From NCBI GenBank assembly GCA_946631165.1, contig CAMOZZ010000001.1, positions 1-61,493 on the forward strand: DNA of 61,493 nucleotides. Reading direction: 5' to 3'. Source of the DNA: an uncultured Lachnospiraceae bacterium (lineage in GTDB: Bacteria > Bacillota > Clostridia > Lachnospirales > Lachnospiraceae). Both the position numbers and the translations under genes were made by a program. Shown piece after piece: positions 16,626 to 24,860 of the stretch. The stretch's first letter is position 1, and every line of letters begins with the position of its first letter. The notes beneath the pieces were generated by a model. It saw nothing but the letters and a program-made list of their open reading frames with translations. It was not told the DNA's origin and searched no databases.

Positions 16626-17510
16626 TCAGGGTGTGACCATGCACAGCTTTTCACCGTCAAAGCAGAATACGGAATCCGACAGCCGGTCGCGTTCCTCCAC
16701 CTGTGTTTCATTTACATGTCTTACCAGGTCGGTCAGATCTTTTTCTGTCATGGAATCCGCAGTGCATGAAACGCCTGCCGCAAGCAGTTCATGGCGGCTT
16801 GACGGCAGGATATAGTACCTTTCCCCGATCTTCCGGTAAGCTTCCCTCAGTACTTCGGGAAACGCAATGGCCGCAGCGCCGTTGTAAGAGCGGCGGTTGG
16901 TGATCAGCCAGAGGGTCTGCTGTGATTCGGCCTCCCGGATCATTTCCGCCAGATCTTCTTCGGCACACAGTTCCATGAATTTTTCCGAGAGCGGGGTAAC
17001 GGTAAAGCCGGCCCTGGCAAATGTGTTTTTCATGGCTTTCCGGAGGACTTCCTCCCCCGTGTCATGAAACATCTCCATCTGTGCATCCGTCACCAGATAG
17101 CTCATTTCGGCAGTTTTGCTATTCCCGAGGACGACCCTTGCGATCAGAGAGATGTCCGTGCCGGGGACTGTATAATGCGGAATGCCGGTAAGATCCATGC
17201 CTTTCCAGGCAGGGAAAGCATCCAGCTTTTCGGAATCCGACAAGGCGCTGCCCGCAACAATTTCGCTCATTTCGTAGACGGAGCCGGATTGTTCCGCGAC
17301 AGAGGCGGCGATCCGCCTGATATCCGCATCCGATGCGCCGGCATAATCTGACGGATAGATCATCATGGCTGCAGGCAGATCGGCCCTGCCGATGCACAGA
17401 CAGGCTTTTCCTTTCGGTGTTTCCGCCGCAGACTTTTCCGTGATCTCAAAATCCGGAAGAAGTGCGGATAGTTCATGATGGAGTTTTCGGGTCAATGTTT
17501 CGATCGTCAC
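16626..17510 (-). CDS. DUF5688-like hypothetical protein
   Basis: The C-terminal 'YYILPSSRHELL' and 'LSDSVFCFDGE' segments match my recollection of DUF5688 (ILPSSxHE ... LSDxVYxYD). I prefer the GTG at 17510, which lies 9 nt after GGGAGGA, over the ATG at 17570. Confidence 0.6.
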   Translation of the reverse strand: MTIETLTRKLHHELSALLPDFEITEKSAAETPKGKACLCIGRADLPAAMMIYPSDYAGASDADIRRIAASVAEQSGSVYEMSEIVAGSALSDSEKLDAFPAWKGMDLTGIPHYTVPGTDISLIARVVLGNSKTAEMSYLVTDAQMEMFHDTGEEVLRKAMKNTFARAGFTVTPLSEKFMELCAEEDLAEMIREAESQQTLWLITNRRSYNGAAAIAFPEVLREAYRKIGERYYILPSSRHELLAAGVSCTADSMTEKDLTDLVRHVNETQVEERDRLSDSVFCFDGEKLCMVTP

Positions 17511-17618
17511 TGTATGAGATCCTCCCTTTTTGCTATAATAAATACAATCGAAGCGCCGAAATGTCCACAAACTATTTGCGACAAATTTTGTGAAAAAAAG
17601 TGATTGACAGATAGTGAC

Positions 17619-18560
17619 ATGAAAATAAGAACGATTTCAGAGGAATTAAAGAAACAATACGGCGGAAAAGTGATGAAGCTGTCCCTGAGCGCCGGCTGCA
17701 CCTGCCCGAACCGCGACGGAACGATAGCCGCAGGAGGCTGCAGCTTCTGCTCCGAAGGCGGGTCAGGTGATTTTGCTGCGCCTTTTGCGCCGGTAAAAGA
17801 GCAGATCAGGAAGGCAAAGAAGCTGGTCGATCCGAAATTCCCGAAGACAATGCCGGCGGAAGAGCGGAAATATATCGCTTATTTCCAGTCGTTTACAAAT
17901 ACTTACGGAGATACAGGCAGACTGGAAAAACTGTATTGTGAAACGGCGGAACAGCCGGAGATCGTGATCCTGTCGATCGGCACCAGACCGGACTGCCTGG
18001 GGGAAGAAGTGATGGAAATGCTTGCCGGGCTGAACCGGATCAAACCTGTATGGGTAGAGCTTGGGCTGCAGACGATCCACCAGCGGACAGCGGACAGTTT
18101 CGGAAGGGGGTATACGCTGCCGGTCTTTGAAGAAGCGGTCAGAAAGCTGAAAGCTGCCGGGATCACGGTCATTGTGCATGTGATCCTCGGACTGCCGGGC
18201 GAGAGCAGGGAGGATATGTTGGAGACGGTAAAGTATATTGCTGCTTTTGAACCCCGGATCGACGGCATCAAGCTGCAGCTTCTGCACGTGCTGAAAGGGA
18301 CGCGGCTGGGCGCGCAGTACAGGCAGGATCTGTTTCCGGTAATGACAATGGAAGAATATACGGATCTGGTCGTCGACTGTCTGAAACTTCTGCCGGAAGA
18401 TATGATCGTCCACCGGATGACCGGCGACGCGCCGAAAAAGCTCCTTATTGCGCCGGCTTGGAGCGCAGATAAGAAGCGGGTGCTGAATATGCTGCGCGCA
18501 AAGATAACCGCTGCCCGGCGGGAGAGCCGGCCGGAGACATCTGTGCTTGACAATCTATAA
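17619..18560 (+). CDS. TIGR01212/YhcC-family radical SAM protein
   Basis: 'GCTCPNRDGTIAAGGCSFCSEGGSGDFA' is the characteristic N-terminal Cys cluster of this family. The start is uncertain (17619 or 17673). Confidence 0.8.
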   Translation: MKIRTISEELKKQYGGKVMKLSLSAGCTCPNRDGTIAAGGCSFCSEGGSGDFAAPFAPVKEQIRKAKKLVDPKFPKTMPAEERKYIAYFQSFTNTYGDTGRLEKLYCETAEQPEIVILSIGTRPDCLGEEVMEMLAGLNRIKPVWVELGLQTIHQRTADSFGRGYTLPVFEEAVRKLKAAGITVIVHVILGLPGESREDMLETVKYIAAFEPRIDGIKLQLLHVLKGTRLGAQYRQDLFPVMTMEEYTDLVVDCLKLLPEDMIVHRMTGDAPKKLLIAPAWSADKKRVLNMLRAKITAARRESRPETSVLDNL

Positions 18561-18627
18561 AGCAGTAAAATAAAATAATGATATATATTGCGATATATAC
18601 ACGGAGAGACAGAAGGGGGATGCATCC

Positions 18628-19809
18628 ATGAATTATGTTTTTATCTCACCCGGGTTTCCGAAGTCCTGCACGTATTTCTGCGACAGGCTGCACGCCCGCG
18701 GCGTCAATGTCCTGGGGATCGGCGATACGCCCTATGATGAACTGAATGAGCAGCTGAAAAACGCACTGACAGAGTATTATTATGTTGCATCCCTGGAGGA
18801 CTACGACCCGGTCTACCGCGCTGCAGCATACTTTATCCATAAACACGGCAGGATCGACTGGCTGGAGTCCATGAATGAATACTGGCTTCCGCTCGACGCC
18901 AGGCTGCGGACGGATTTTAATATCGCCGTGGGAACACGCGCAGACGGCATCGGGGATCTTACGTCGAAATCGGGCATGAAGCGCATCTTCCTGGAAGCCG
19001 GCATTCCGACCGCCAGACAGCATATCGTTTCAGATCTTGCTGCGGCGGAAGCGTTCGTCAAAACGGTCGGCTATCCGGTCATCGTCAAGCCGGATATCGG
19101 TGTCGGCGCGAACGGCGCATTCAAACTGAAAAACAAAGAGGAACTGCAGGCCTTCTATCGGGAACTTCCGGACGAACCCTATGTGATGGAGGAATTCCTG
19201 TCAGGCAATATCTGTACTTATGACGCAGTCCTGAATTCCTGTTGTGAACCGCTTTTTGAATCCATGTGTACCTACGCACCGGTGCTGGACTCGGTGCTGG
19301 ACGATGATAATATCAATTTCTACACAACAGCGGATGTCCCGGAAAAACTGCGCATCCTTGGCAGAAAGACAGCGAAGGCGTTCGGCGCGTCGAAGCGTTT
19401 TATCCATTTCGAATTCATTAATATAGCAAAGGATTACGACGGAATCGGAAAAGCAGGAGACTTCGCGGTCATGGAAGTCAATATGCGTCCGGCCGGCGGG
19501 CACGATCCGGACATGATGAACTATGCACAGTCTATCGATGTTTACAGCATTTATGCCGAAATGGTGACAGATGACAGAAGAAGCTTCCCGGACACGGGCG
19601 GACATTATTACTGCGCTTACGCCGCCAGAAAAGACGGGCATACGTTTACGCATACGCATGAGGAGATCATGAACTGCTATGGGACGGATATCGTGATGCA
19701 GGAAGAGATGCCGCCGATCGACTGGCCGTCCATGGGTCGGTATGTCTATATGGCGAGGTTTAAGGAAAAAGCAGAGATGGAGAAGTATTTCTCCTATGTC
19801 CTCGGATGA
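18628..19809 (+). CDS. ATP-grasp domain protein of unknown substrate
   Basis: 'GYPVIVKPDIGVGANG', 'VMEEFLSG' and the Mg-binding 'MEVNMRPAGG' segment are ATP-grasp hallmarks. Confidence 0.75.
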   Translation: MNYVFISPGFPKSCTYFCDRLHARGVNVLGIGDTPYDELNEQLKNALTEYYYVASLEDYDPVYRAAAYFIHKHGRIDWLESMNEYWLPLDARLRTDFNIAVGTRADGIGDLTSKSGMKRIFLEAGIPTARQHIVSDLAAAEAFVKTVGYPVIVKPDIGVGANGAFKLKNKEELQAFYRELPDEPYVMEEFLSGNICTYDAVLNSCCEPLFESMCTYAPVLDSVLDDDNINFYTTADVPEKLRILGRKTAKAFGASKRFIHFEFINIAKDYDGIGKAGDFAVMEVNMRPAGGHDPDMMNYAQSIDVYSIYAEMVTDDRRSFPDTGGHYYCAYAARKDGHTFTHTHEEIMNCYGTDIVMQEEMPPIDWPSMGRYVYMARFKEKAEMEKYFSYVLG

Positions 19810-19866
19810 AAAGGCTTTCCCGGATCGAAGAAAGAAGTATTGAAAGAAAGGCTTAAGGAATAAAGA

Positions 19867-20607
19867 ATGTACAGAGAAGAAATTACACATTACAGCAATT
19901 CACTGGGACGCGATATGCATATCCTGATCCACGGACATGCAGGCATGCCCATCCTGTGTTTTCCCACCCAGGATTCCATGTGTCATAACTATGAGGAATT
20001 CGGGATGACGGAACAGCTTTCGGATTTCATTGACGGCGGAAAGATCCAGCTGTTCGTCGTGGACACCGTGGACAGGGAGAGCTGGTCGAATACTTTCGGA
20101 GACTGCGGGATGCGTGCGGACAGGCAGGAACAGTATTTTCATTATATCGTCGATGAAGCCGTCCCGTTTATCCGCAGCCGGAATCCGGAACTGCCTGCAG
20201 TCACGGGCTTCAGTATGGGCGCCAACCATGCCGCGATCGTATTCCTTCGCCGGCCGGATCTGTTCAGGGGCGTGATCGCTTTGTCCGGGATCTATGATTC
20301 CGATATTTTCTTCGGCGGCTTTATGAATCCCGTCCTTTATGAGAATTCGCCGGAAAGATTCCTGCCGAACATGCCGAGCAATCATCCGTATATCGAACTT
20401 TACAATAAGCGCCGGATCATTTTCTGCTGCGGCCAGGGTGCCTGGGAGGAAGACGGCGTAAGGACGCTCAATTATCTGGACAGCGTTTTCCGGAAAAAAG
20501 CAATCTATGCATGGTGTGATTTCTGGGGACATGATGTGAACCATGACTGGCCGTGGTGGTTCAAACAGATGCGGTATTTCCTGCCTTATATGCTGGGAGA
20601 AAAGTAA
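19867..20607 (+). CDS. Esterase family protein (alpha/beta fold, esterase D-like)
   Basis: The nucleophile elbow 'GFSMGA' is present and the length fits the putative-esterase family. Confidence 0.7.
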   Translation: MYREEITHYSNSLGRDMHILIHGHAGMPILCFPTQDSMCHNYEEFGMTEQLSDFIDGGKIQLFVVDTVDRESWSNTFGDCGMRADRQEQYFHYIVDEAVPFIRSRNPELPAVTGFSMGANHAAIVFLRRPDLFRGVIALSGIYDSDIFFGGFMNPVLYENSPERFLPNMPSNHPYIELYNKRRIIFCCGQGAWEEDGVRTLNYLDSVFRKKAIYAWCDFWGHDVNHDWPWWFKQMRYFLPYMLGEK

Positions 20608-20646
20608 ACGGCGGATTTGCGGGAAACCGGCAGAGGGGTTTTTTCA

Positions 20647-21480
20647 ATGAATGATTTTCTGCGGGAAAGCTTCAGTTATTTCGGGATCTATCGGAAATTG
20701 TTCCGGCTGAAAAAGCATTATCAGCCGGTGCGTGTTTCTTATGGGACAGAGAAAGAGCAGTATTTCCTGTATTATGAACCGGATGCCCCTGTGAGCGATA
20801 AGATCATTTTCTGGATCCACGGGGGCGGCTGGAATGCGGGCGATCCGGGATTCTTTGATTTTGTCGGACAATGTATGGCCGGGGAAGGATACCGCATGGT
20901 CTCCGCCGGATACAGGCTGTCCCCGAAATTCAAATATCCGTGCCAGGTAAAAGATGTATGCGATTGTTATAACGCGGCGGTCAGCTATCTGAAGGGCAGG
21001 GAGATCGATACCCGGCAGATCATTATCGCAGGACCTTCTGCCGGAGCACATCTCGGTTCGATCCTTTGTTACTGCCGGAAGGTACAGGAAAAGTACGGTG
21101 TGGATATTTCGAATATCTGCGGATTTATCGGTTCAGGCGGTCCATACAGCTTCCGGAAAGACCAGTCGTTTGCGTTGACGATGCTGCTGGACCAGCTTTT
21201 CCGGAAGGGATATGACAGAAGGAACGGAGAGCCGGTCCGGCTGATGTCGAAAAATCATATCCCGATGCTGCTGATCCAGAGCAGACATGACGGGCTGGTC
21301 GGGTATGCCTGCGCGGAGGATTTTGCGGCGAAAGCGGAATCCGTCGGGAACAGATGGGAGCTGTACAGTGTTACGGATCCGAAGGATACGCATTCATGGT
21401 ATACGGCCGGCATGTTCATGGAGACCAGAAAAGAAAACAGGGGACTGGATAAGTTCTTTGCATGGATCGAGGGGATTTAA
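20647..21480 (+). CDS. Alpha/beta hydrolase (HSL/arylformamidase-like)
   Basis: The oxyanion motif 'HGGGW' and the nucleophile elbow 'GPSAGAH' are present. I prefer the ATG at 20647, 8 nt after AGAGGGG, over the TTG at 20617. Confidence 0.8.
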   Translation: MNDFLRESFSYFGIYRKLFRLKKHYQPVRVSYGTEKEQYFLYYEPDAPVSDKIIFWIHGGGWNAGDPGFFDFVGQCMAGEGYRMVSAGYRLSPKFKYPCQVKDVCDCYNAAVSYLKGREIDTRQIIIAGPSAGAHLGSILCYCRKVQEKYGVDISNICGFIGSGGPYSFRKDQSFALTMLLDQLFRKGYDRRNGEPVRLMSKNHIPMLLIQSRHDGLVGYACAEDFAAKAESVGNRWELYSVTDPKDTHSWYTAGMFMETRKENRGLDKFFAWIEGI

Positions 21481-22431
21481 ATGTCAGCGATAAGAAAATT
21501 ACTGCTCGCTGTTGTCCTGGCTGTCTGTATTCTGCCTGCTGCCGGCGTTCGGGCCGGGACAGATGCTGCGCCGGCGCTTTCAGGACTGGAATCGGTCGAC
21601 AGGCTGTCAAAAGGCAGCGCCTTCTTCCTGAAAGGAAAGATCAGATCGGCGCGGCCGCTTACGAAAGTAAACGTCAGGATTGCAGATGCATCGGGAAAAA
21701 CAGTACAGCGCGCATCGGCAGTGCCGTCTGCCGCTGTCTTTGATCTGAGAATGCTTTCGGAACAGCTGCATTTTGATACGCTTCCCGGCGGCAGTTATCT
21801 GCTCCGCATCACGGCGTCTGATGAAAAATATCAGAATGTGAAGCTGCTGAAACAGCGTTTTGCGGTCATAAAAAAGAGCAGGACAGCAGAAAGGCTGATC
21901 CGCACCGCGGAAGCCGAGATCGGCTATGAGACGCCGCTCAGGCTTGAGAGAACGAAATATGAAAAGGAAACCTTCGGGACGAACGGGAATCTGTGGTGCG
22001 CTTCCTTTGTTTCGTGGTGCGCCAATCAGGCCGGCGTATCCCGGAAGATCGTTCCGAGAAGCAAGAGCACTTTATATATGGGGATGCTTGCGAAGAAAAA
22101 CTATCATCCCTGGAACCGCAATACCTGGGGAAACCTGAAGCGCGGAGACGTGATATTTTTCTCGCCGAAACGTGCTTCCCTGCGCTATCCGAACGGCGGG
22201 AAAGCAGTCCATCACGTGGGGATCGTGCAGCGCGTTGACAGAAAGACGGGCGTTCTTTATACGGTTGAGGGAAATGTCTCCAGGCTTCTTGATGACGGGA
22301 GCCTCGATCTCAGGACGCGGGTCGTAAGAGAATGTGCGCATAAATTGAAGACGGGAACCGGCCTGATCACGGTCAGTGACAATTCGTATTTCGGCGGCGA
22401 GTACGTGTGCGGGTATATCGATGTCAGGTGA
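21481..22431 (+). CDS. Secreted CHAP-domain peptidoglycan hydrolase
   Basis: The signal peptide is 'LLLAVVLAVCILPAAGVRAG'. The CHAP Cys ('NLWCASFVSWC') and His ('VHHVGIV') are present. The start abuts the previous stop (TAAATG). Confidence 0.75.
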   Translation: MSAIRKLLLAVVLAVCILPAAGVRAGTDAAPALSGLESVDRLSKGSAFFLKGKIRSARPLTKVNVRIADASGKTVQRASAVPSAAVFDLRMLSEQLHFDTLPGGSYLLRITASDEKYQNVKLLKQRFAVIKKSRTAERLIRTAEAEIGYETPLRLERTKYEKETFGTNGNLWCASFVSWCANQAGVSRKIVPRSKSTLYMGMLAKKNYHPWNRNTWGNLKRGDVIFFSPKRASLRYPNGGKAVHHVGIVQRVDRKTGVLYTVEGNVSRLLDDGSLDLRTRVVRECAHKLKTGTGLITVSDNSYFGGEYVCGYIDVR

Positions 22432-22465
22432 CGGAATGATGGACAGCCGGGACGGGACCGGCAAA

Positions 22466-22777
22466 ATGCATTATGTTTATCTTCTGAAATGTTCGGACGG
22501 CACGCTCTACTGCGGCTGGACGACGGATCTTGAAAAACGCCTGGAAGCACATAACGCCGGTACAGGAGCAAAGTATACAAGATCCCGGAGGCCGGTCGAA
22601 ATGGTGTATCACGAAGCTTTTGAAGAGAAAACGGATGCGCTCAGAAGAGAATGGGCTGTAAAAAGGATGAGCCGGAAACAGAAGCTTGGTCTGATAGAGA
22701 AAGACGATAACGACGGGCGGAAGGAAGACGGACTGCCCGGAAGGGAGGGAGAAGGAAATGTTTTTCAGAAGAAATAA
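22466..22777 (+). CDS. GIY-YIG nuclease family protein (UPF0213-like)
   Basis: 'YVYLLKCSDGTLYCGWTTDLEKRLEAHN' is the GIY-YIG core. The start is at 22466, or possibly 22436. The 22376 start in the ORF track overlaps the CHAP gene. Confidence 0.8.
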   Translation: MHYVYLLKCSDGTLYCGWTTDLEKRLEAHNAGTGAKYTRSRRPVEMVYHEAFEEKTDALRREWAVKRMSRKQKLGLIEKDDNDGRKEDGLPGREGEGNVFQKK

Positions 22778-23135
22778 AGAACCGGAAGTGGTCACATTGA
22801 CCGTGGCGAATACCATGGAGGAAGCGGAAGCGTTCATGAACCTGCTCGCGGAGAACGGGATCAAATCGGTCGCCAGGGACCGCGCGGGGGAAGAAGATCT
22901 CATGATCGTCAGCAGCGGAAGCGCATCACACGGCACAGGGATCCTGATCCGGGCGGAAGACGCCGAGCGGGCGGCGCAGATCTTGATGGAAAACATGCCT
23001 TCCGAAGAGGATTACGAAGAACTGACAGACGAAGAACTGGAAGAACTTGCGATGTCCATGGAAGAGATCACCGGACTGGAAGAAGAGGAGCCCGATGAAA
23101 GTGACCGGAAAGTCCGGGAATGGATGAACAGCTAA
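22758..23135 (+). CDS. Small acidic protein, DUF2007-like
   Basis: 125 aa with a small N-terminal alpha/beta domain and an E/D-rich tail. It overlaps the GIY-YIG gene by 20 nt. The family call is from memory only. Confidence 0.5.
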   Translation: MFFRRNKEPEVVTLTVANTMEEAEAFMNLLAENGIKSVARDRAGEEDLMIVSSGSASHGTGILIRAEDAERAAQILMENMPSEEDYEELTDEELEELAMSMEEITGLEEEEPDESDRKVREWMNS

Positions 23136-23149
23136 AGGCCGGTACCGCT

Positions 23150-23755
23150 ATGAAGACGATCCTTTTTTACGGAGATTCAAATACTTACGGCTACGATCCC
23201 CGCGGCTTCGGCGGCGGCCGCTATCCGAAGGATGTGCGCTGGACTGACAGGCTGGCGGAAGCACCTGGCGGAGATTGGAAGGTGCTGGTAAACGCCATGA
23301 ACGGCCGGGAGATCCCGGACCGGGAGCGTTCAGTTAACAGTGTGCTGGAAATGATCGGGACAGCTGCAGAAGAGCATGCGCAGCTCCGTTTTGCGGTCAT
23401 GCTCGGCACCAATGATCTTTTCAGTGCCGGCAGATTTTCACCGTCCATGACAGTCAGCCGGAAAATGAGCCTGTTCCTGGACAGGATCAGAAATACATTT
23501 CCGGAAATGCCGGTGCTGCTGATCGCGCCGCCCCCTGTCGGCGCTGCGGATGCCATTGATCCGGAGGAACAGCGGCTGTACCGGGAGAGCAGGCAGCTGA
23601 GTCTGCTGTATCACATTCTTGCCGAACAGAAAGGGGCGGATTTTACAAGCGCCTTTGACTGGCAGGTGCCGCTCTCCTTTGACGGCGTGCATCTGTCAGA
23701 AGAAGGACACCGCGTTTTCTTCGAAAAGATGAGAGAGGCCCTGAAAGATATCTGA
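23150..23755 (+). CDS. SGNH/GDSL hydrolase
   Basis: Block I 'FYGDSNTYG' and block V 'DGVHLSEEGH' are present. I chose the ATG at 23150. Confidence 0.85.
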   Translation: MKTILFYGDSNTYGYDPRGFGGGRYPKDVRWTDRLAEAPGGDWKVLVNAMNGREIPDRERSVNSVLEMIGTAAEEHAQLRFAVMLGTNDLFSAGRFSPSMTVSRKMSLFLDRIRNTFPEMPVLLIAPPPVGAADAIDPEEQRLYRESRQLSLLYHILAEQKGADFTSAFDWQVPLSFDGVHLSEEGHRVFFEKMREALKDI

Positions 23756-23763
23756 GGGAGAAC

Positions 23764-23795
23764 AGAGGCGGTATACAGCCGCCTCTTTACTTTTG
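23764..23795 (+). terminator. Rho-independent terminator ending the hydrolase operon
   Basis: 8-bp stem AGAGGCGG/CCGCCTCT with a 7-nt loop, followed by a T-rich tract. Confidence 0.65.
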
Positions 23796-23871
23796 TGCCC
23801 GTTATGTTACAATACTTTCCGGACATTTTTTGTCTGAAAAGTTATGAAAGTATGATATAAGGAGTTTTATC

Positions 23872-24729
23872 ATGAGAGTTGCAGTTACCTATGAGAACGG
23901 AAATGTATTCCCTCACTTCGGCAGAACACCTGCCTTTAAGGTTTACGAGATAGAAGACGGAAAAGTGATCTCTTCGGAAGTCCTTCCCACGAACGGCACC
24001 GGCCACGGGGCGCTTGCCGGATTTCTGCAGAACGGCAGCATCGATGTCCTGATCTGCGGCGGCATCGGCGGCGGTGCCGTAAATGCGATAAACGGAGCCG
24101 GCATTAAGCTTTATGCAGGAGCGAGCGGAAATACGGATGAGGTCATTCAGATGCTGATCGACGGCACACTTCCAGAGACCGGAGAAGCGAACTGTGATCA
24201 TCACCACGGCGAAGAGCATGACTGCCACAGCGAAGGCGAAGGCTGCCACGGAAGCGAAGGCGGCTGCCACGGCGGAAGCTGTGCGCCGGAACCGGCCTTT
24301 ACCGGCCGCAATGTCGGAAAGACCTGCCGCGTGCATTACAGAGGCACTTTTGACGACGGATCCCAGTTCGATTCTTCCTACGACCGCGGACAGCCCCTGG
24401 AATTCATCTGCGGTGCAGGCCAGATGATCATGGGATTTGACAGGGCAGTCGCGGATATGGAAGTCGGACAGATCATCGACGTTCATCTGATGCCGGAAGA
24501 AGCCTACGGCATGCCCGATCCGAACGCCATGATCAAGCTCAATATCGCGCAGCTCAATGGTGCAGAGGGACTGGAAGTCGGCCAGCATGTCGTCCTGACA
24601 AATTCCATGGGACATCCGTTCCGCGTTGTTGTTGCGGAGAAGACAGAGGAGACCATCACCTTCGATGCCAACCATGAGATGGCGGGTAAGGAACTGAATT
24701 TCAGAATTGAACTTGTGGAAGTGAAATGA
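23872..24729 (+). CDS. Fusion protein: NifX/NifB-type FeMo-cofactor-binding-like domain, Cys/His-rich linker and SlyD-type FKBP peptidyl-prolyl isomerase
   Basis: The N-terminal part ('MRVAVTYENGNVFPHFGRTPAFKVYEI...VLICGGIGGGA') is NifX-like. The linker is 'CDHHHGEEHDCHSEGEGCHGSEGGCHGGSC'. The C-terminal part carries FKBP/IF segments 'VHYRGTFDDGSQFDSS', 'GFDRAVADMEVG' and 'DANHEMAGKELNF'. An AAGGAG RBS precedes the start. Confidence 0.8.
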   Translation: MRVAVTYENGNVFPHFGRTPAFKVYEIEDGKVISSEVLPTNGTGHGALAGFLQNGSIDVLICGGIGGGAVNAINGAGIKLYAGASGNTDEVIQMLIDGTLPETGEANCDHHHGEEHDCHSEGEGCHGSEGGCHGGSCAPEPAFTGRNVGKTCRVHYRGTFDDGSQFDSSYDRGQPLEFICGAGQMIMGFDRAVADMEVGQIIDVHLMPEEAYGMPDPNAMIKLNIAQLNGAEGLEVGQHVVLTNSMGHPFRVVVAEKTEETITFDANHEMAGKELNFRIELVEVK

Positions 24730-24732
24730 TAA

Positions 24733-24763
24733 AAGAGGCGGTTCATGGCGAACCGCCTTTTTG
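24733..24763 (+). terminator. Rho-independent terminator
   Basis: 9-bp stem AGGCGGTTC/GAACCGCCT with a 5-nt loop, followed by TTTTT. Confidence 0.75.
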
Positions 24764-24799
24764 GATGGCTGTTTTTTCGCCGTGATCTTCCGGCCTGTA

Positions 24800-24828
24800 T
24801 TGAGAAAATGAACAGCTTATGTTAAAAT
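24800..24828 (+). promoter_or_regulatory. Sigma-A promoter (TTGAGA-17-TGtTAAAAT) for the flavodiiron gene
   Basis: -35 at 24800-24805 and an extended -10 at 24823-24828 preceded by TG, about 33 nt upstream of the ATG at 24861. Confidence 0.5.
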
Positions 24829-24860
24829 CATGGCAATAATAAACAAGGGGGAAGTGCCTT

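Noticed and set aside
17604-17609. A TTGACA hexamer inside the annotated 5' end of the radical SAM ORF. It could be a -35 box, which would imply a shorter protein starting at 17673.
   Set aside because: No convincing -10 element lies 16-18 nt downstream. Family members normally include the 'L..QYG.KV' segment encoded upstream of 17673. The 17619 start is kept and the uncertainty flagged.
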